In this document: in pieces, positions 26,897 to 35,966 of the stretch
Numbering within the stretch: the first letter of the stretch is position 1
Layout of the letters: the number at the start of each line of letters is the position of its first letter
NCBI GenBank assembly: GCA_958295755.1
Contig: OY282367.1
Location: 932,022 to 996,021 of the forward strand
DNA length: 64,000 bases
Direction of reading: 5' to 3'
Origin: an uncultured Acidimicrobiales bacterium
GTDB lineage: Bacteria > Actinomycetota > Acidimicrobiia > Acidimicrobiales > Hopanoidiivorantaceae
Translations under genes and position numbers: made by a program
Notes under the pieces: generated by a model
What the model was told of the DNA's origin: nothing
The model's input: only the letters and a program-made list of their open reading frames with translations
The model's database searches: none

Positions 26897-27874
26897 TTAG
26901 GATGTGTCCTCTTCGCATAGGTTGTCTTTTGCGGCTGAGGAGCAGACTAGTAGGTCGTCGTGGGCGACATTGACTATCTCACAGACCTCTCGGCCAGGGT
27001 CGGCTCGCACTTCCCATGATTCGTCTTCCCAAGAGTATCTTGCCAAATCGACGTCAGCTATGGTTTCAGGGTAGCCAGTAGCGAGGACACCGCTACCGGG
27101 ATTCTCACCAAAAGAAAACCAATTAGGTTCCATAATACCGGGGATACCAGCTGCTATCTGTGCCTGCGTCACAGGTCTCCCAGGAAATATATCAACTGAA
27201 GCCGCACGGCCACGTATGAAGAAATGCCATTCTTCATCTGAATATAAACCTGCAGCCTTAGCAAACGAGCCGGCACCAGGGCTTCGATGATCAAGAGGAT
27301 TTCTACCACGTATATTCGCTTCTGGTGTTGATGGTGATACTCTCGCGTTGATAACTCCTAATCGTATTTGGTCGATAGCTGGTGCTCTGTTGTCATCGTA
27401 ATAATACAACTTAGAGACATGATCATGCACAGAGCCTGGTGGTCTGTTCCTCACAGAAAACGCGCCCGGACGCGCATCGACACCAGGCCCAGTACCGCCT
27501 CCCCAATTGGTTATTTCCCAGTAGCATGGTGCTAGGCAACCTATGTTGCTTGAGAAAACACCGCCGTTGCCTTCTGGCCCGCCGCGTCCTGCTGCTTCAA
27601 GCGTCGCCAAATGAATTTCCCAAGTCTGGCACTTAGCGTCAATGTCAATATTGCCGGCTTCTTCAAAATCATCACTAGAGCTTCGGTTGATAGCAACCAA
27701 CACCAAAGCCGCCCCAACAGCCACTAGTACCAATACAGCTGTAACAATCAGCGTCTGAAGCGTGAAGCCTCTCTCGGTTTGCTTTAATCTAGCACCCCCC
27801 CCCTCCGCAGTAACCCGCAAAGACGGCAACCTCGACACAGACACCATCAACCTCCCAAACTTACGAAACACCAA
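26897..27874 (-). CDS. Pilin-like secreted Cys-rich variable protein, family copy 5 (dispersed copy)
   Basis: 325 aa. TERGFTLQTLIVTAVLVLVAVGAALVLVAINRSSSDDFEEAGNI… and …WEDESWEVRADPGREVCEIVNVAHDDLLVCSS. Short leader with a G9 tract (EGGGA). Confidence 0.75.
   Translation of the reverse strand: MVFRKFGRLMVSVSRLPSLRVTAEGGGARLKQTERGFTLQTLIVTAVLVLVAVGAALVLVAINRSSSDDFEEAGNIDIDAKCQTWEIHLATLEAAGRGGPEGNGGVFSSNIGCLAPCYWEITNWGGGTGPGVDARPGAFSVRNRPPGSVHDHVSKLYYYDDNRAPAIDQIRLGVINARVSPSTPEANIRGRNPLDHRSPGAGSFAKAAGLYSDEEWHFFIRGRAASVDIFPGRPVTQAQIAAGIPGIMEPNWFSFGENPGSGVLATGYPETIADVDLARYSWEDESWEVRADPGREVCEIVNVAHDDLLVCSSAAKDNLCEEDTS
27795..27803. repeat. Homopolymer tract: C9 on the plus strand, G9 in the copy-5 mRNA
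   Basis: Counted by eye: agca-CCCCCCCCC-tccgc. Confidence 0.9.
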
Positions 27875-27909
27875 AACAGAACTCCTCTCTATGAATCACA
27901 CATCATATT

Positions 27910-27915
27910 ACTATA
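27910..27915 (-). promoter_or_regulatory. Candidate -10 box (TATAGT) of copy 5, with a leader homologous to copies 1-4
   Basis: The minus strand reads TATAGT-aatatgatgtg-tgattcata. Copies 1-4 read TATAAT-ttatggtggtg-tgacttcata at the same spacing. Confidence 0.4.
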
Positions 27916-28012
27916 ATATATAGGCTATCCTAGCTTATATACCTAGCTATCATATTTCCACACCGCAAGTTTGAACTTTCTGCTGTAGCAGCTATCTTGA
28001 GATGGTGTTCTC

Positions 28013-28762
28013 TTAGCTGTTGCGTGGGGGGTGGCCGGCCCAGCCACCGCCGTCTATTATGTATTCGCCGCCGCTTTGGAAGCTGGCGTCATCTGATGCT
28101 AGGTAGAGGGCGAGTTGCGCTACTTCTTCTGGCTGGCCTGCTCTTCCTAATGGTAGATGTGAGAAGGTATCGGGGTTGTCTCGCACTCGGTCGGGGAGCA
28201 TAGCTGTGTTGATCGGGCCGGGGTGAATAGAGTTCACTCTGATACCTAGGGGGCCTAGTTCTAGTGCTGCCACTTTTGTAAGTCCGCGCACTGCCCACTT
28301 GCTCATCCCGTAGGCTGAGTGGCCGTGTATGCCTGTCATCCCCGCCACTGATGAGATATTGACTATAGACCCGCCTCCGGCACGGCTCATCGGTTCGCGC
28401 ACTGCTTGAATACCCATAAAGCTTCCCAAAGCATTTACTGAGAACATCTGGAGTGCTTTGTCGGGTTGTTCTTCTTCTATGGGGCACACCCAGTGAATGC
28501 CAGCGTTGTTGATGAGCACATTTAGCGGCCCTATCTCTTCGGCTAGCTTCACGGCGTGCGTCCAATCATCAGGGTTAGTAACATCTAGGTGCAGATAGCA
28601 CGCGGCCTCGCCCAACTCGGCGGCTAGAGCTTCACCTTGATCGTCTAACACGTCGCCCATCACCACTTGCGCCCCTTCTGCCAAGAACAGCCGAGCTTCT
28701 GTTGCCCCCTGCCCTCTAGCTGCTCCTGTGATAATGGCTGTTTTGCCTGTAAGTCGTCCCAT
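28013..28762 (-). CDS. Short-chain dehydrogenase/reductase (SDR) family oxidoreductase
   Basis: TGAARGQG (TGxxxGxG), NNAG, and YGMSK (YxxxK). Confidence 0.88.
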   Translation of the reverse strand: MGRLTGKTAIITGAARGQGATEARLFLAEGAQVVMGDVLDDQGEALAAELGEAACYLHLDVTNPDDWTHAVKLAEEIGPLNVLINNAGIHWVCPIEEEQPDKALQMFSVNALGSFMGIQAVREPMSRAGGGSIVNISSVAGMTGIHGHSAYGMSKWAVRGLTKVAALELGPLGIRVNSIHPGPINTAMLPDRVRDNPDTFSHLPLGRAGQPEEVAQLALYLASDDASFQSGGEYIIDGGGWAGHPPRNS

Positions 28763-28817
28763 TAGGTATAACTTAGCTGATACCTCTAGAAAACTTAGCT
28801 ACTAACTGACATCGCTT

Positions 28818-28897
28818 CTTTATCAGATAATCTTGCTGCCTAAACGCCTTTTCAAAGAAACCTATCAGATAGGTTGTCTTTGCCTATCTGATAAGCT
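28818..28897. repeat. 80-bp inverted-repeat element, right copy
   Basis: See 26751-26830. Contains tatcagata, ctatcagatag and ctatctgataag. Confidence 0.8.
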
Positions 28898-28969
28898 AAT
28901 GTTTGCGAAACAATAGAGAACTATGCCTAAATCATTGGTTGGCATCCCTGTCTGTTGCGAAAGCAGCAA

Positions 28970-30202
28970 TCAAGTTACCGATTTTGGTTTTTCGGCAATT
29001 TGTGACCAGCGGATGGGCATCTTCGCATAGCCGTCAATCAAGTTAGACCAAACTCTGGGCAAGCTTTCTTGCTCGGCATCTAGCTCTAAATCTTTCACAC
29101 GGGTCAGTAGCTCGCGAAACATAATCTTGGCTTCCATACGGGCGAGACTGGCACCGAGGCAGAAATGCGGGCCGCCCGCTCCGAATGAGACATGCAGATT
29201 CGGATCGCGAGTGATATCTAATCCGTTGGGGTTCTCAAAAGCATCTTCATCTCGGTTTGCCGAGCAATACCACATCACAATCGGCTCGCCTGCTGCGATT
29301 TTCTGTCCGCCGACTTCAGTGTCTTCCAATGGCGTGCGCTTGAACTGCATCACAGGGGTGGTGTAGCGCAACAGCTCTTCCACAGCTGAAGGGATAAGCG
29401 AATGATCGTTAAGCAGCATCTCTAGTTGCTCAGGGTGATTCAGCAAAGCTAAAGTGCCAGAGGTAATGAGATTGCGTGTGGTTTCTGAGCCGGCGTTCTG
29501 CAGCAACATAAAAAAGAGGTCTATCTGCAGCTGAGTGAGCTTTTCACCATCTATCTCAGCGTGAAGGATGATGCTGATGAGATCGTCCATCGGCTGTTCT
29601 TTGCGGATTTCACACATCTGGTCGGCATAGGCGTACATCTTGGTTGCTGCAGCTTGACGCTCTTCTGCGGGAATCGTCTGGTCGAAACCAAAAGTGGCTT
29701 CTGTTAGCTCGAAAATGTAGTGGCGATCTTCGGGAGGCACACCTACAAGGTCGGCGATGACCTGCAGGGGCAACTCCACGGCTATGTCGTTTACGAGGTC
29801 GCAACCCTTTCGTCCTGCCACATCGTCTAGCAGCCTGTCGACCGTGGCTTGGATTTTCTCTTCTAAGTCGGCAACTCGCCTGGGGGTGAAGCCTCGGTTG
29901 ATGATTTTGCGCATCTTGGTGTGATCCGGCGGGTCTAAACTGATGAGGAACTCCAAATCGCCCTCGTCCATGCTGCGGCCTTCTTCTGGGTCTAAGAACG
30001 GGTGCGGACGGCTGCTGAAGATTTGCGAATGGCGTGAAACATAGACCACATCCTCGTGGCGAGTCAAATTCCAATAGCCTTCTGGATACACATCGTGCGA
30101 CTGCTTGAAGATGGGGTTGTTCTTGCGCAGGTGGGAAAAATGTTCGTAATCCACTCCGTTCTCAAACGACTTCGGATGGTGGAGGGGTGTGGCTCTTTCC
30201 AT
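28970..30202 (-). CDS. Cytochrome P450
   Basis: Heme-Cys loop FGAGGPHFCLG and ExxR (EELLRY). The start was moved to ATG 30202 (MERATPLHH), preceded by AAGGAG. The longer ORF to 30409 runs into the neighbouring gene. Confidence 0.9.
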   Translation of the reverse strand: MERATPLHHPKSFENGVDYEHFSHLRKNNPIFKQSHDVYPEGYWNLTRHEDVVYVSRHSQIFSSRPHPFLDPEEGRSMDEGDLEFLISLDPPDHTKMRKIINRGFTPRRVADLEEKIQATVDRLLDDVAGRKGCDLVNDIAVELPLQVIADLVGVPPEDRHYIFELTEATFGFDQTIPAEERQAAATKMYAYADQMCEIRKEQPMDDLISIILHAEIDGEKLTQLQIDLFFMLLQNAGSETTRNLITSGTLALLNHPEQLEMLLNDHSLIPSAVEELLRYTTPVMQFKRTPLEDTEVGGQKIAAGEPIVMWYCSANRDEDAFENPNGLDITRDPNLHVSFGAGGPHFCLGASLARMEAKIMFRELLTRVKDLELDAEQESLPRVWSNLIDGYAKMPIRWSQIAEKPKSVT

Positions 30203-30383
30203 TGTGTGCTCCTTGAATGTTGCTGTGGTGATGGTGGTAGTGGGGAGAATGTTGCTATGGTGGTCGGGGAGAATATTGCTGTTGGTGATTATGGCTGTGG
30301 GTGATTTGGATACTGATACGGCTAGAGTTTTGCGATTAGGGTTTGCTACTGGTGTTTTGCTATTAAATTTTACAATATAGGGT

Positions 30384-31175
30384 TTAGGGTTTGCGACCCC
30401 AAGTGGCAACAGACAAAGTGCTGAGCATCACCATATTCGGGTTTCGTGCTTGCTCCATAGCCTCCTTGAACTGCTCTTCAGTAATAATACCCGCTGAAAT
30501 GAGCATAGGTCCAGCACGCTCCAAAGCCAAGAACCACCACTCCCCTGCCGACTCGCCGGGCCGCATCGCCCACACATCGCCCGTCAAATCTAAATCTATG
30601 AGGCCGCGCTCGGCCATCTTCGCCAACATTTTGTTGCCTAAGTCGGGATCGCGCCAAGGGGTTGTGGCACCAGAACATACCACCTTGTGCATAGTCGCAT
30701 AAGGTTCGGGCAGAGGTTGGGAAGCAAAAGCCTCAAAATGCCCCTCCTCAACTACCAACACTGCGCCAGGTACCAACGAAGCGATGAATTTGTCTAACAC
30801 TTCATCACGCTCAGGGATGTGCTGCAGCACAGCACGAGCATGGATGAGAGAAAAATAGTTTTCTGGAAGGTCGTCTTGGGCGTGATCGTGTTGCATCACC
30901 TTCACATTTGCTGGCATCTGATCGTGAAACTGTAAGTCAATGTCGCACGACCAAACTTCACCCTCTTCGCCGACTTGTTCTGCCAGCCAAGCCGACACCG
31001 TTCCTGCTCCGGCTCCAGCCACCAAGCATCGCCACCCCGACTCCACTCCAACCTCTTTCAAAATACTGAAAGTCTTAGGGTCTCGAGCAGATGCCAAATG
31101 CTTTAGCCGCACATGCTCTAAAGTGGCCTCATCATCAGGTACTTCATAGCGTTCAGGAAACTCAGCCATTTTCAT
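30384..31175 (-). CDS. SAM-dependent methyltransferase (class I)
   Basis: Gly-rich motif I-like CLVAGAGAGTVSAWLA; 263 aa. Family-level call. Confidence 0.65.
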   Translation of the reverse strand: MKMAEFPERYEVPDDEATLEHVRLKHLASARDPKTFSILKEVGVESGWRCLVAGAGAGTVSAWLAEQVGEEGEVWSCDIDLQFHDQMPANVKVMQHDHAQDDLPENYFSLIHARAVLQHIPERDEVLDKFIASLVPGAVLVVEEGHFEAFASQPLPEPYATMHKVVCSGATTPWRDPDLGNKMLAKMAERGLIDLDLTGDVWAMRPGESAGEWWFLALERAGPMLISAGIITEEQFKEAMEQARNPNMVMLSTLSVATWGRKP

Positions 31176-31951
31176 TAGGCTCCTTTGTAGTCTGGCTGGC
31201 GATCTTCGGAGCGGGCGGCTCGGAATTCGGCGAAATCATCTGAGCGATTGATATAAGTCTGAGCGATCATCTCATCTGCCAGCGAACGGCGCAAAACTGG
31301 GTCAGACATATTGCGAATCACCCAGCGGGCAGTTTCAACTGTTGCAGCGGGTGAAGCTACTATTCGCTCTGCCATCTCTCGGGCTGTGTCGTGCAGCTCA
31401 TCTGGCTCTACCACTCGCGAGACAATGCCATAACTCAAAGCTTCTTGAGCACTCAGGCGGCGACCTGTCAAAACCATATCGCTCACGAGACCGTGCCCGG
31501 CTATTTCATAGAGGGCAGCCACTCCCCCAGTGTCGGGAATCACGCCGTGAGTTACCTCTGGAAGCATAAAGCGAGCATCAGATGAAGCGATGCGAATGTC
31601 GCAGAGCAAAGCCCGCTGGAAAGAGCCGCCGATAGCCCAGCCATGTATTGCCACGATGATCGGCATCGGTAGCTGAAATATCTGCATGATGCCTTCGTGG
31701 CCTCGCAACATGAGATGGTGATGAGGCATCCCTGAAATATTGGTGCCGATGGATCCGACATCTCGCCCTGAAGACCACGACTTACCTTCGCCTTGCCAGA
31801 TAACCGCCCTGACATCTCGGCGAGTGCGAAGCTCGCTCAGAATCTCAAATAAGCGGGCATCCATCTCGTCGGTGAAAGCGTTGTGCTTCTCGGGGTTGTT
31901 GTTGGTGATGGTAGCTATGTGGCCGTCAATTTCAAAAAGGACTTGATCCAT
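31175..31951 (-). CDS. Enoyl-CoA hydratase/isomerase (crotonase) family protein
   Basis: 258 aa with a crotonase-like layout (ITNNNPEKHNAF…, HGWAIGGSFQRALLCDIRIAS). Confidence 0.8.
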   Translation of the reverse strand: MDQVLFEIDGHIATITNNNPEKHNAFTDEMDARLFEILSELRTRRDVRAVIWQGEGKSWSSGRDVGSIGTNISGMPHHHLMLRGHEGIMQIFQLPMPIIVAIHGWAIGGSFQRALLCDIRIASSDARFMLPEVTHGVIPDTGGVAALYEIAGHGLVSDMVLTGRRLSAQEALSYGIVSRVVEPDELHDTAREMAERIVASPAATVETARWVIRNMSDPVLRRSLADEMIAQTYINRSDDFAEFRAARSEDRQPDYKGA

Positions 31952-32081
31952 GGTTCTGTCTCCCTATGGTGAATAGTGTTGGGCTTGCTGAGCTTGGTGG
32001 GCCCTGTCTATCTTCTAGAGTAGTTAGAAGCAGGTGGCGGCGACTAGCAAGAGCAACAAAAGGTAACTGAAGGAGACAACC

Positions 32082-33002
32082 ATGGAAGGTTCTATCGGCT
32101 GGATAGGCACTGGGGTAATGGGGCAATCAATGTGTTCCAACTTGCTGACGGCAGGCTTCAGCCTAGCTGTGCACTCCCGCACGAAGAGCAAAGCCGAGTT
32201 GCTCATTGAGCAAGGCGCGAGGTGGTGCGACACGCCAGCGGAAATCGCAGAGCAGTCAGATGTGATAGTAACGATGCTCGGATACCCATCAGATGTGCGC
32301 GAGATCGTACTGGGGGATGCTAAATCCGAAGCAGGTTCGGGCAAAGCAAGCGTGTTGGCGCATTGTTCTGGAGGTGAAGTGTTGATAGATATGACTACCA
32401 GCGAGCCAGCTCTAGCCATAGAGATCGCTGAAAAAGCAAGTAGGCGAGGCGTGATTTCTATGGACGCTCCTGTCTCTGGCGGCGATGTCGGCGCACGCAA
32501 CGGCACGCTTTCAATAATGATCGGCGGCGATGTTGCCACTGCAGAGCGACTAGAACCGATCTGGGATGCTTTAGGTAGCAAATGGGTGCTACAAGGCGGC
32601 CCCGGAGCAGGACAGCACACCAAGATGGTCAATCAAATTCTCATCGCCTCAGGGATGCTGGGCATCTGCGAGGCGTTGCTATACGCACAAGAGGCTGGTC
32701 TAGATGCTGAGACAGTGCTGGAGTCGGTATCTTCAGGCGCGGCAGGTAGCTGGTCGCTCAGCAACTTGGCACCGAGAATGCTGGCAGGCAACTTTGATCC
32801 GGGTTTTTACATTGAACACTTCATAAAAGATATGTCGATAGCTCAAAGTGAAGCCAAGGCAATGAGTTCGCCCACCCCCGGTCTATCACTTGCCATAGAA
32901 CGCTATCAAATGCTTGCTAGAGAAGGTCATGGACGGCTGGGCACGCAGGCTTTGATACTGGCTATGGCAAAAGAAGCGGGGCTAGAATGGAGAAAGGAAT
33001 AG
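32082..33002 (+). CDS. NAD(P)-dependent oxidoreductase, 3-hydroxyisobutyrate/6-phosphogluconate dehydrogenase-like
   Basis: [13 protein letters not shown] (GxGxxG) and the [11 protein letters not shown] region. Confidence 0.82.
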   Translation: MEGSIGWIGTGVMGQSMCSNLLTAGFSLAVHSRTKSKAELLIEQGARWCDTPAEIAEQSDVIVTMLGYPSDVREIVLGDAKSEAGSGKASVLAHCSGGEVLIDMTTSEPALAIEIAEKASRRGVISMDAPVSGGDVGARNGTLSIMIGGDVATAERLEPIWDALGSKWVLQGGPGAGQHTKMVNQILIASGMLGICEALLYAQEAGLDAETVLESVSSGAAGSWSLSNLAPRMLAGNFDPGFYIEHFIKDMSIAQSEAKAMSSPTPGLSLAIERYQMLAREGHGRLGTQALILAMAKEAGLEWRKE

Positions 33003-33934
33003 CTATAGACATTAACAGACACAGCGACCCCCACCACTACAGCCACAACGACTCCCACCACCACAGCACTATGACAGCCACAATGACAGCCACCACAGCG
33101 ACACCCACCGCCACTCGTATAGGCACCACCATCGGAGCAGTAGTGGAGGGGGTAGATTTTGATAACTTAACGCCCGAAGTTGCTGAGCATCTGAACGAGT
33201 TGGTCTTGGAACACGCAGTTCTCATCTTTGAAGGAGTGCACGCCAGCGAAGACCAACAAGAGAGATTTGCTCGCTGTTTCGGCGAGCCATATATCTATCC
33301 ACTCACTCGCTACGCCAACCCCGACGGCGACATCTGGACAGAGTTCATTGACACTCCCGACAGCCCGCCCGAAGCAGATGTTTGGCACACCGACCTCACT
33401 TGGGTTCCAGACCAACCTAAATTCGGCATACTTTCGGCAGAAGAAGTGCCAGAAACTGGTGGCGACACCATGTGGGCAGATCTGTACGCTGCCTATGACA
33501 GCCTTTCACCAGTGATGCAGGAAATCTGTGAAAATCTAAATGTCATGCATCAGATAGGTAGAAATGTGCTTGACCCTGTGGAACGAAATGCGGGCTTTGC
33601 AGCGGCAGCTTTTTTGCGAGATAACTACCCCGAGATAAAACATCCGCTAGTGCGAACTCACCCCGAGACCGGCCGCAAGGTGTTGCTTTTAGCTGGCGGG
33701 TTTATGAAGTGCGTTGAAGGGATGCACCCAGAAGAGTCAGATCTCGTTTTGAAATATCTCAGGAACCATATCAACGACCCAAACTTCCACTTCGGCTGGC
33801 GATGGAAGAAAGGCGACTTAGGCATCTGGGACGAACGTTGCACCAACCACAGAGGCTTGGCTAACCACTACCCGCAGTATCGCAAGATGCGCCGTTGCAC
33901 TGTGCGGGGAAGCAAGCAGTTTTCGGGCATTTGA
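32987..33934 (+). CDS. TauD/TfdA-family Fe(II)/2-oxoglutarate dioxygenase, paralog 1
   Basis: WHTDLTW (HxD), GGDTMWAD and CTNHRG. The start is uncertain (alternative ATG at 33071). Confidence 0.82.
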   Translation: MEKGIAIDINRHSDPHHYSHNDSHHHSTMTATMTATTATPTATRIGTTIGAVVEGVDFDNLTPEVAEHLNELVLEHAVLIFEGVHASEDQQERFARCFGEPYIYPLTRYANPDGDIWTEFIDTPDSPPEADVWHTDLTWVPDQPKFGILSAEEVPETGGDTMWADLYAAYDSLSPVMQEICENLNVMHQIGRNVLDPVERNAGFAAAAFLRDNYPEIKHPLVRTHPETGRKVLLLAGGFMKCVEGMHPEESDLVLKYLRNHINDPNFHFGWRWKKGDLGIWDERCTNHRGLANHYPQYRKMRRCTVRGSKQFSGI

Positions 33935-33982
33935 ATATTGCTCTAACATTGCCCTGCTAACATTGCCCTGCTAACCTAAAAG

Positions 33983-35107
33983 ATGATGCCGCATTCTGTG
34001 GTAGGGGTTCCCCGAGAAGTCAAACACGAAGAACATCGTGTGGCAATCACTCCTGACGGGGTGCAAGAACTTGTGGCACACGGCGTCAAGGCAATCGTGG
34101 AAGCTGGAGCAGGAGTTGATTCAGGCATTCCCGATGAAGACTACAAGGCGGCAGGTGCAACCCTTCTGAACAGTCCAGAAGAAATCTGGGAACAGGCAAC
34201 TCTAATAGCTAAAGTCAAAGAACCAATCGAAGAAGAGTACTGCTACTTGCGTGACGACCTTATGTTGTTTACCTATCTGCATTTGGCCGCCTACCCGCAG
34301 CTGGCGGAAGTTTTAGTCAAATCGGGAACCTGCGCTATCGCCTATGAGACTGTAGAGCGAGACAGCGGCGCGCTCCCGCTACTTGCCCCGATGAGCGAAG
34401 TGGCGGGGCGTATGGCAGTGCAAATCGGAGCGCGATACCTAGAGGCTCACAGAGGCGGGCGAGGTGTGTTACTTGGGGGTGTGCCGGGGGTGCGACCGGG
34501 CCGGGTGTGTGTGATCGGAGCTGGCAATGTCGGCTGGAATGCTGCTTGGATAGCCGCAGGTATGGAAGCTGAAGTGCTGTTGTTTGACCGTGACTTAGAT
34601 CGTCTCAGATGGACAGACCAGATACACCGAGGGCGCATCACCACCTTGGCGTCCAACAGAGGCGCGCTGGAGCGGGCACTCTCAACGGCTGATTTGCTAA
34701 TCGGGGCTGTGCTTGTGGCAGGAGACAGAGCACCTGTAGTTGTGCCCGATGAGATGGTGCAGCTGATGCCGCATCAAGCGGTGATCGTGGATGTGGCGGT
34801 GGATCAAGGCGGATGCGTGGCAACGACCAAAGAAACCACCCACACTGAACCCATCTATGAAACTCACGGAATCATCCATTACGGAGTGGCCAATATGCCA
34901 GGGGCTGTGCCGCACACATCTACTTGGGCACTCACCAACGCCACAATGCCCTATCTTGTTGAATTGGCTGCATATGGAATAGATGCGGCGACAAGACGCT
35001 ATCCTGAACTTCAAAAGGGCATAAACACTAGAGATGGCAAATTGGTCAATGAGGCAGTTAAAAACGCTGAAAGATCAAGGAAGGAGAACGATGGCGGTCA
35101 TAGCTGA
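33983..35107 (+). CDS. ald: Alanine dehydrogenase
   Basis: VGVPREVKHEEHRVAITPDGV and VIGAGNVG; 374 aa. Confidence 0.92.
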   Translation: MMPHSVVGVPREVKHEEHRVAITPDGVQELVAHGVKAIVEAGAGVDSGIPDEDYKAAGATLLNSPEEIWEQATLIAKVKEPIEEEYCYLRDDLMLFTYLHLAAYPQLAEVLVKSGTCAIAYETVERDSGALPLLAPMSEVAGRMAVQIGARYLEAHRGGRGVLLGGVPGVRPGRVCVIGAGNVGWNAAWIAAGMEAEVLLFDRDLDRLRWTDQIHRGRITTLASNRGALERALSTADLLIGAVLVAGDRAPVVVPDEMVQLMPHQAVIVDVAVDQGGCVATTKETTHTEPIYETHGIIHYGVANMPGAVPHTSTWALTNATMPYLVELAAYGIDAATRRYPELQKGINTRDGKLVNEAVKNAERSRKENDGGHS

Positions 35108-35966
35108 GTCAAATACCAGAACAGAACAAACTACCGTCAAGCAGATCGGAGTAACCTTCGCGGCTGAGGTGGACGGGGTGGATTTTGCGAACCTTACAGA
35201 TGAAGTCACTGACCACATATATGATCTGCTGTTGGAATATGGCGTGCTGTTTTTCAGAGGCGCAAATATCACAGCAGAACAGCAAGAAATCTTGGCGCGC
35301 TCCTTCGGCGAACCTGCTGTATTTCCTATATCGCGCATCACCCACCCTGAACGCGAAGTGCCGTTCTTGAGTGAAATCACAGACACTCCTGATAGCCCGC
35401 CAGACGCCGACGGTTGGCACACCGACATCACTTGGATCCCGAACCCGCCCAAGATTGGCATTTTGGCGGCTTTAGATATTCCAGAATCAGGTGGAGACAC
35501 CTTGTGGGCTGATTTGTATGCCGCTTATGATAATCTTTCGCCTGTGATGCAGGAGTTCTTTGAGAAACTCACCTTGAAACATGTCATATCTGATGTGATT
35601 CTTAACGCAGTAGTGCGCCTCGGCAAACCTGAAGCTGTGTCTTACATCAAAGAGAAGTTCCCGCCAGTTTCGCATCCTCTTATCCGCACACACCCCGACA
35701 CCGGCCGCAAGGCACTATTCGTGGCTGGACATTTCATGCAAAGTGTGGAAGGGATGAACGACAAAGAGTCGGAGATGCTGATTAACTGGCTTAGTGAATA
35801 TATAAACAACCCGAACTTTCATGTGCGCTGGCGGTGGCAAGAAGGCGATCTGGCTATCTGGGACGAGCGATGCACTAACCACCGGGCACTTTCTAACCAC
35901 TATCCCCAATATCGCCGCATGAGGCGGTGCACGATTGAAGGCGATGTCCCCTTCTTCAGTGCTTGA
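35091..35966 (+). CDS. TauD/TfdA-family Fe(II)/2-oxoglutarate dioxygenase, paralog 2
   Basis: WHTDITW, GGDTLWAD and CTNHRA. The start was moved to ATG 35091, which follows AAGGAAGGAG. It overlaps the ald end by 17 nt. Confidence 0.82.
   Translation: MAVIAESNTRTEQTTVKQIGVTFAAEVDGVDFANLTDEVTDHIYDLLLEYGVLFFRGANITAEQQEILARSFGEPAVFPISRITHPEREVPFLSEITDTPDSPPDADGWHTDITWIPNPPKIGILAALDIPESGGDTLWADLYAAYDNLSPVMQEFFEKLTLKHVISDVILNAVVRLGKPEAVSYIKEKFPPVSHPLIRTHPDTGRKALFVAGHFMQSVEGMNDKESEMLINWLSEYINNPNFHVRWRWQEGDLAIWDERCTNHRALSNHYPQYRRMRRCTIEGDVPFFSA

Noticed and set aside
26751-28897. The inverted-repeat-flanked 2-kb segment as an invertase-driven ON/OFF switch
   Set aside because: No recombinase gene is nearby, and the candidate promoters of both enclosed genes lie inside the segment, so inversion would not uncouple them. 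It is retained only as a lower-probability alternative in the finding.
28970-30409. A 479-aa P450 ORF with an N-terminal 69-aa extension
   Set aside because: The extension overlaps the 3' end of the methyltransferase gene, is low-complexity, and lacks an RBS. ATG 30202 has AAGGAG at proper spacing and gives a normal ~410-aa P450.
32024-32632. A 202-aa minus-strand ORF
   Set aside because: It is antisense to the HIBADH-like dehydrogenase, which has a clear GxGxxG motif, and its translation is Ser/Pro/Ala-rich with no motif.
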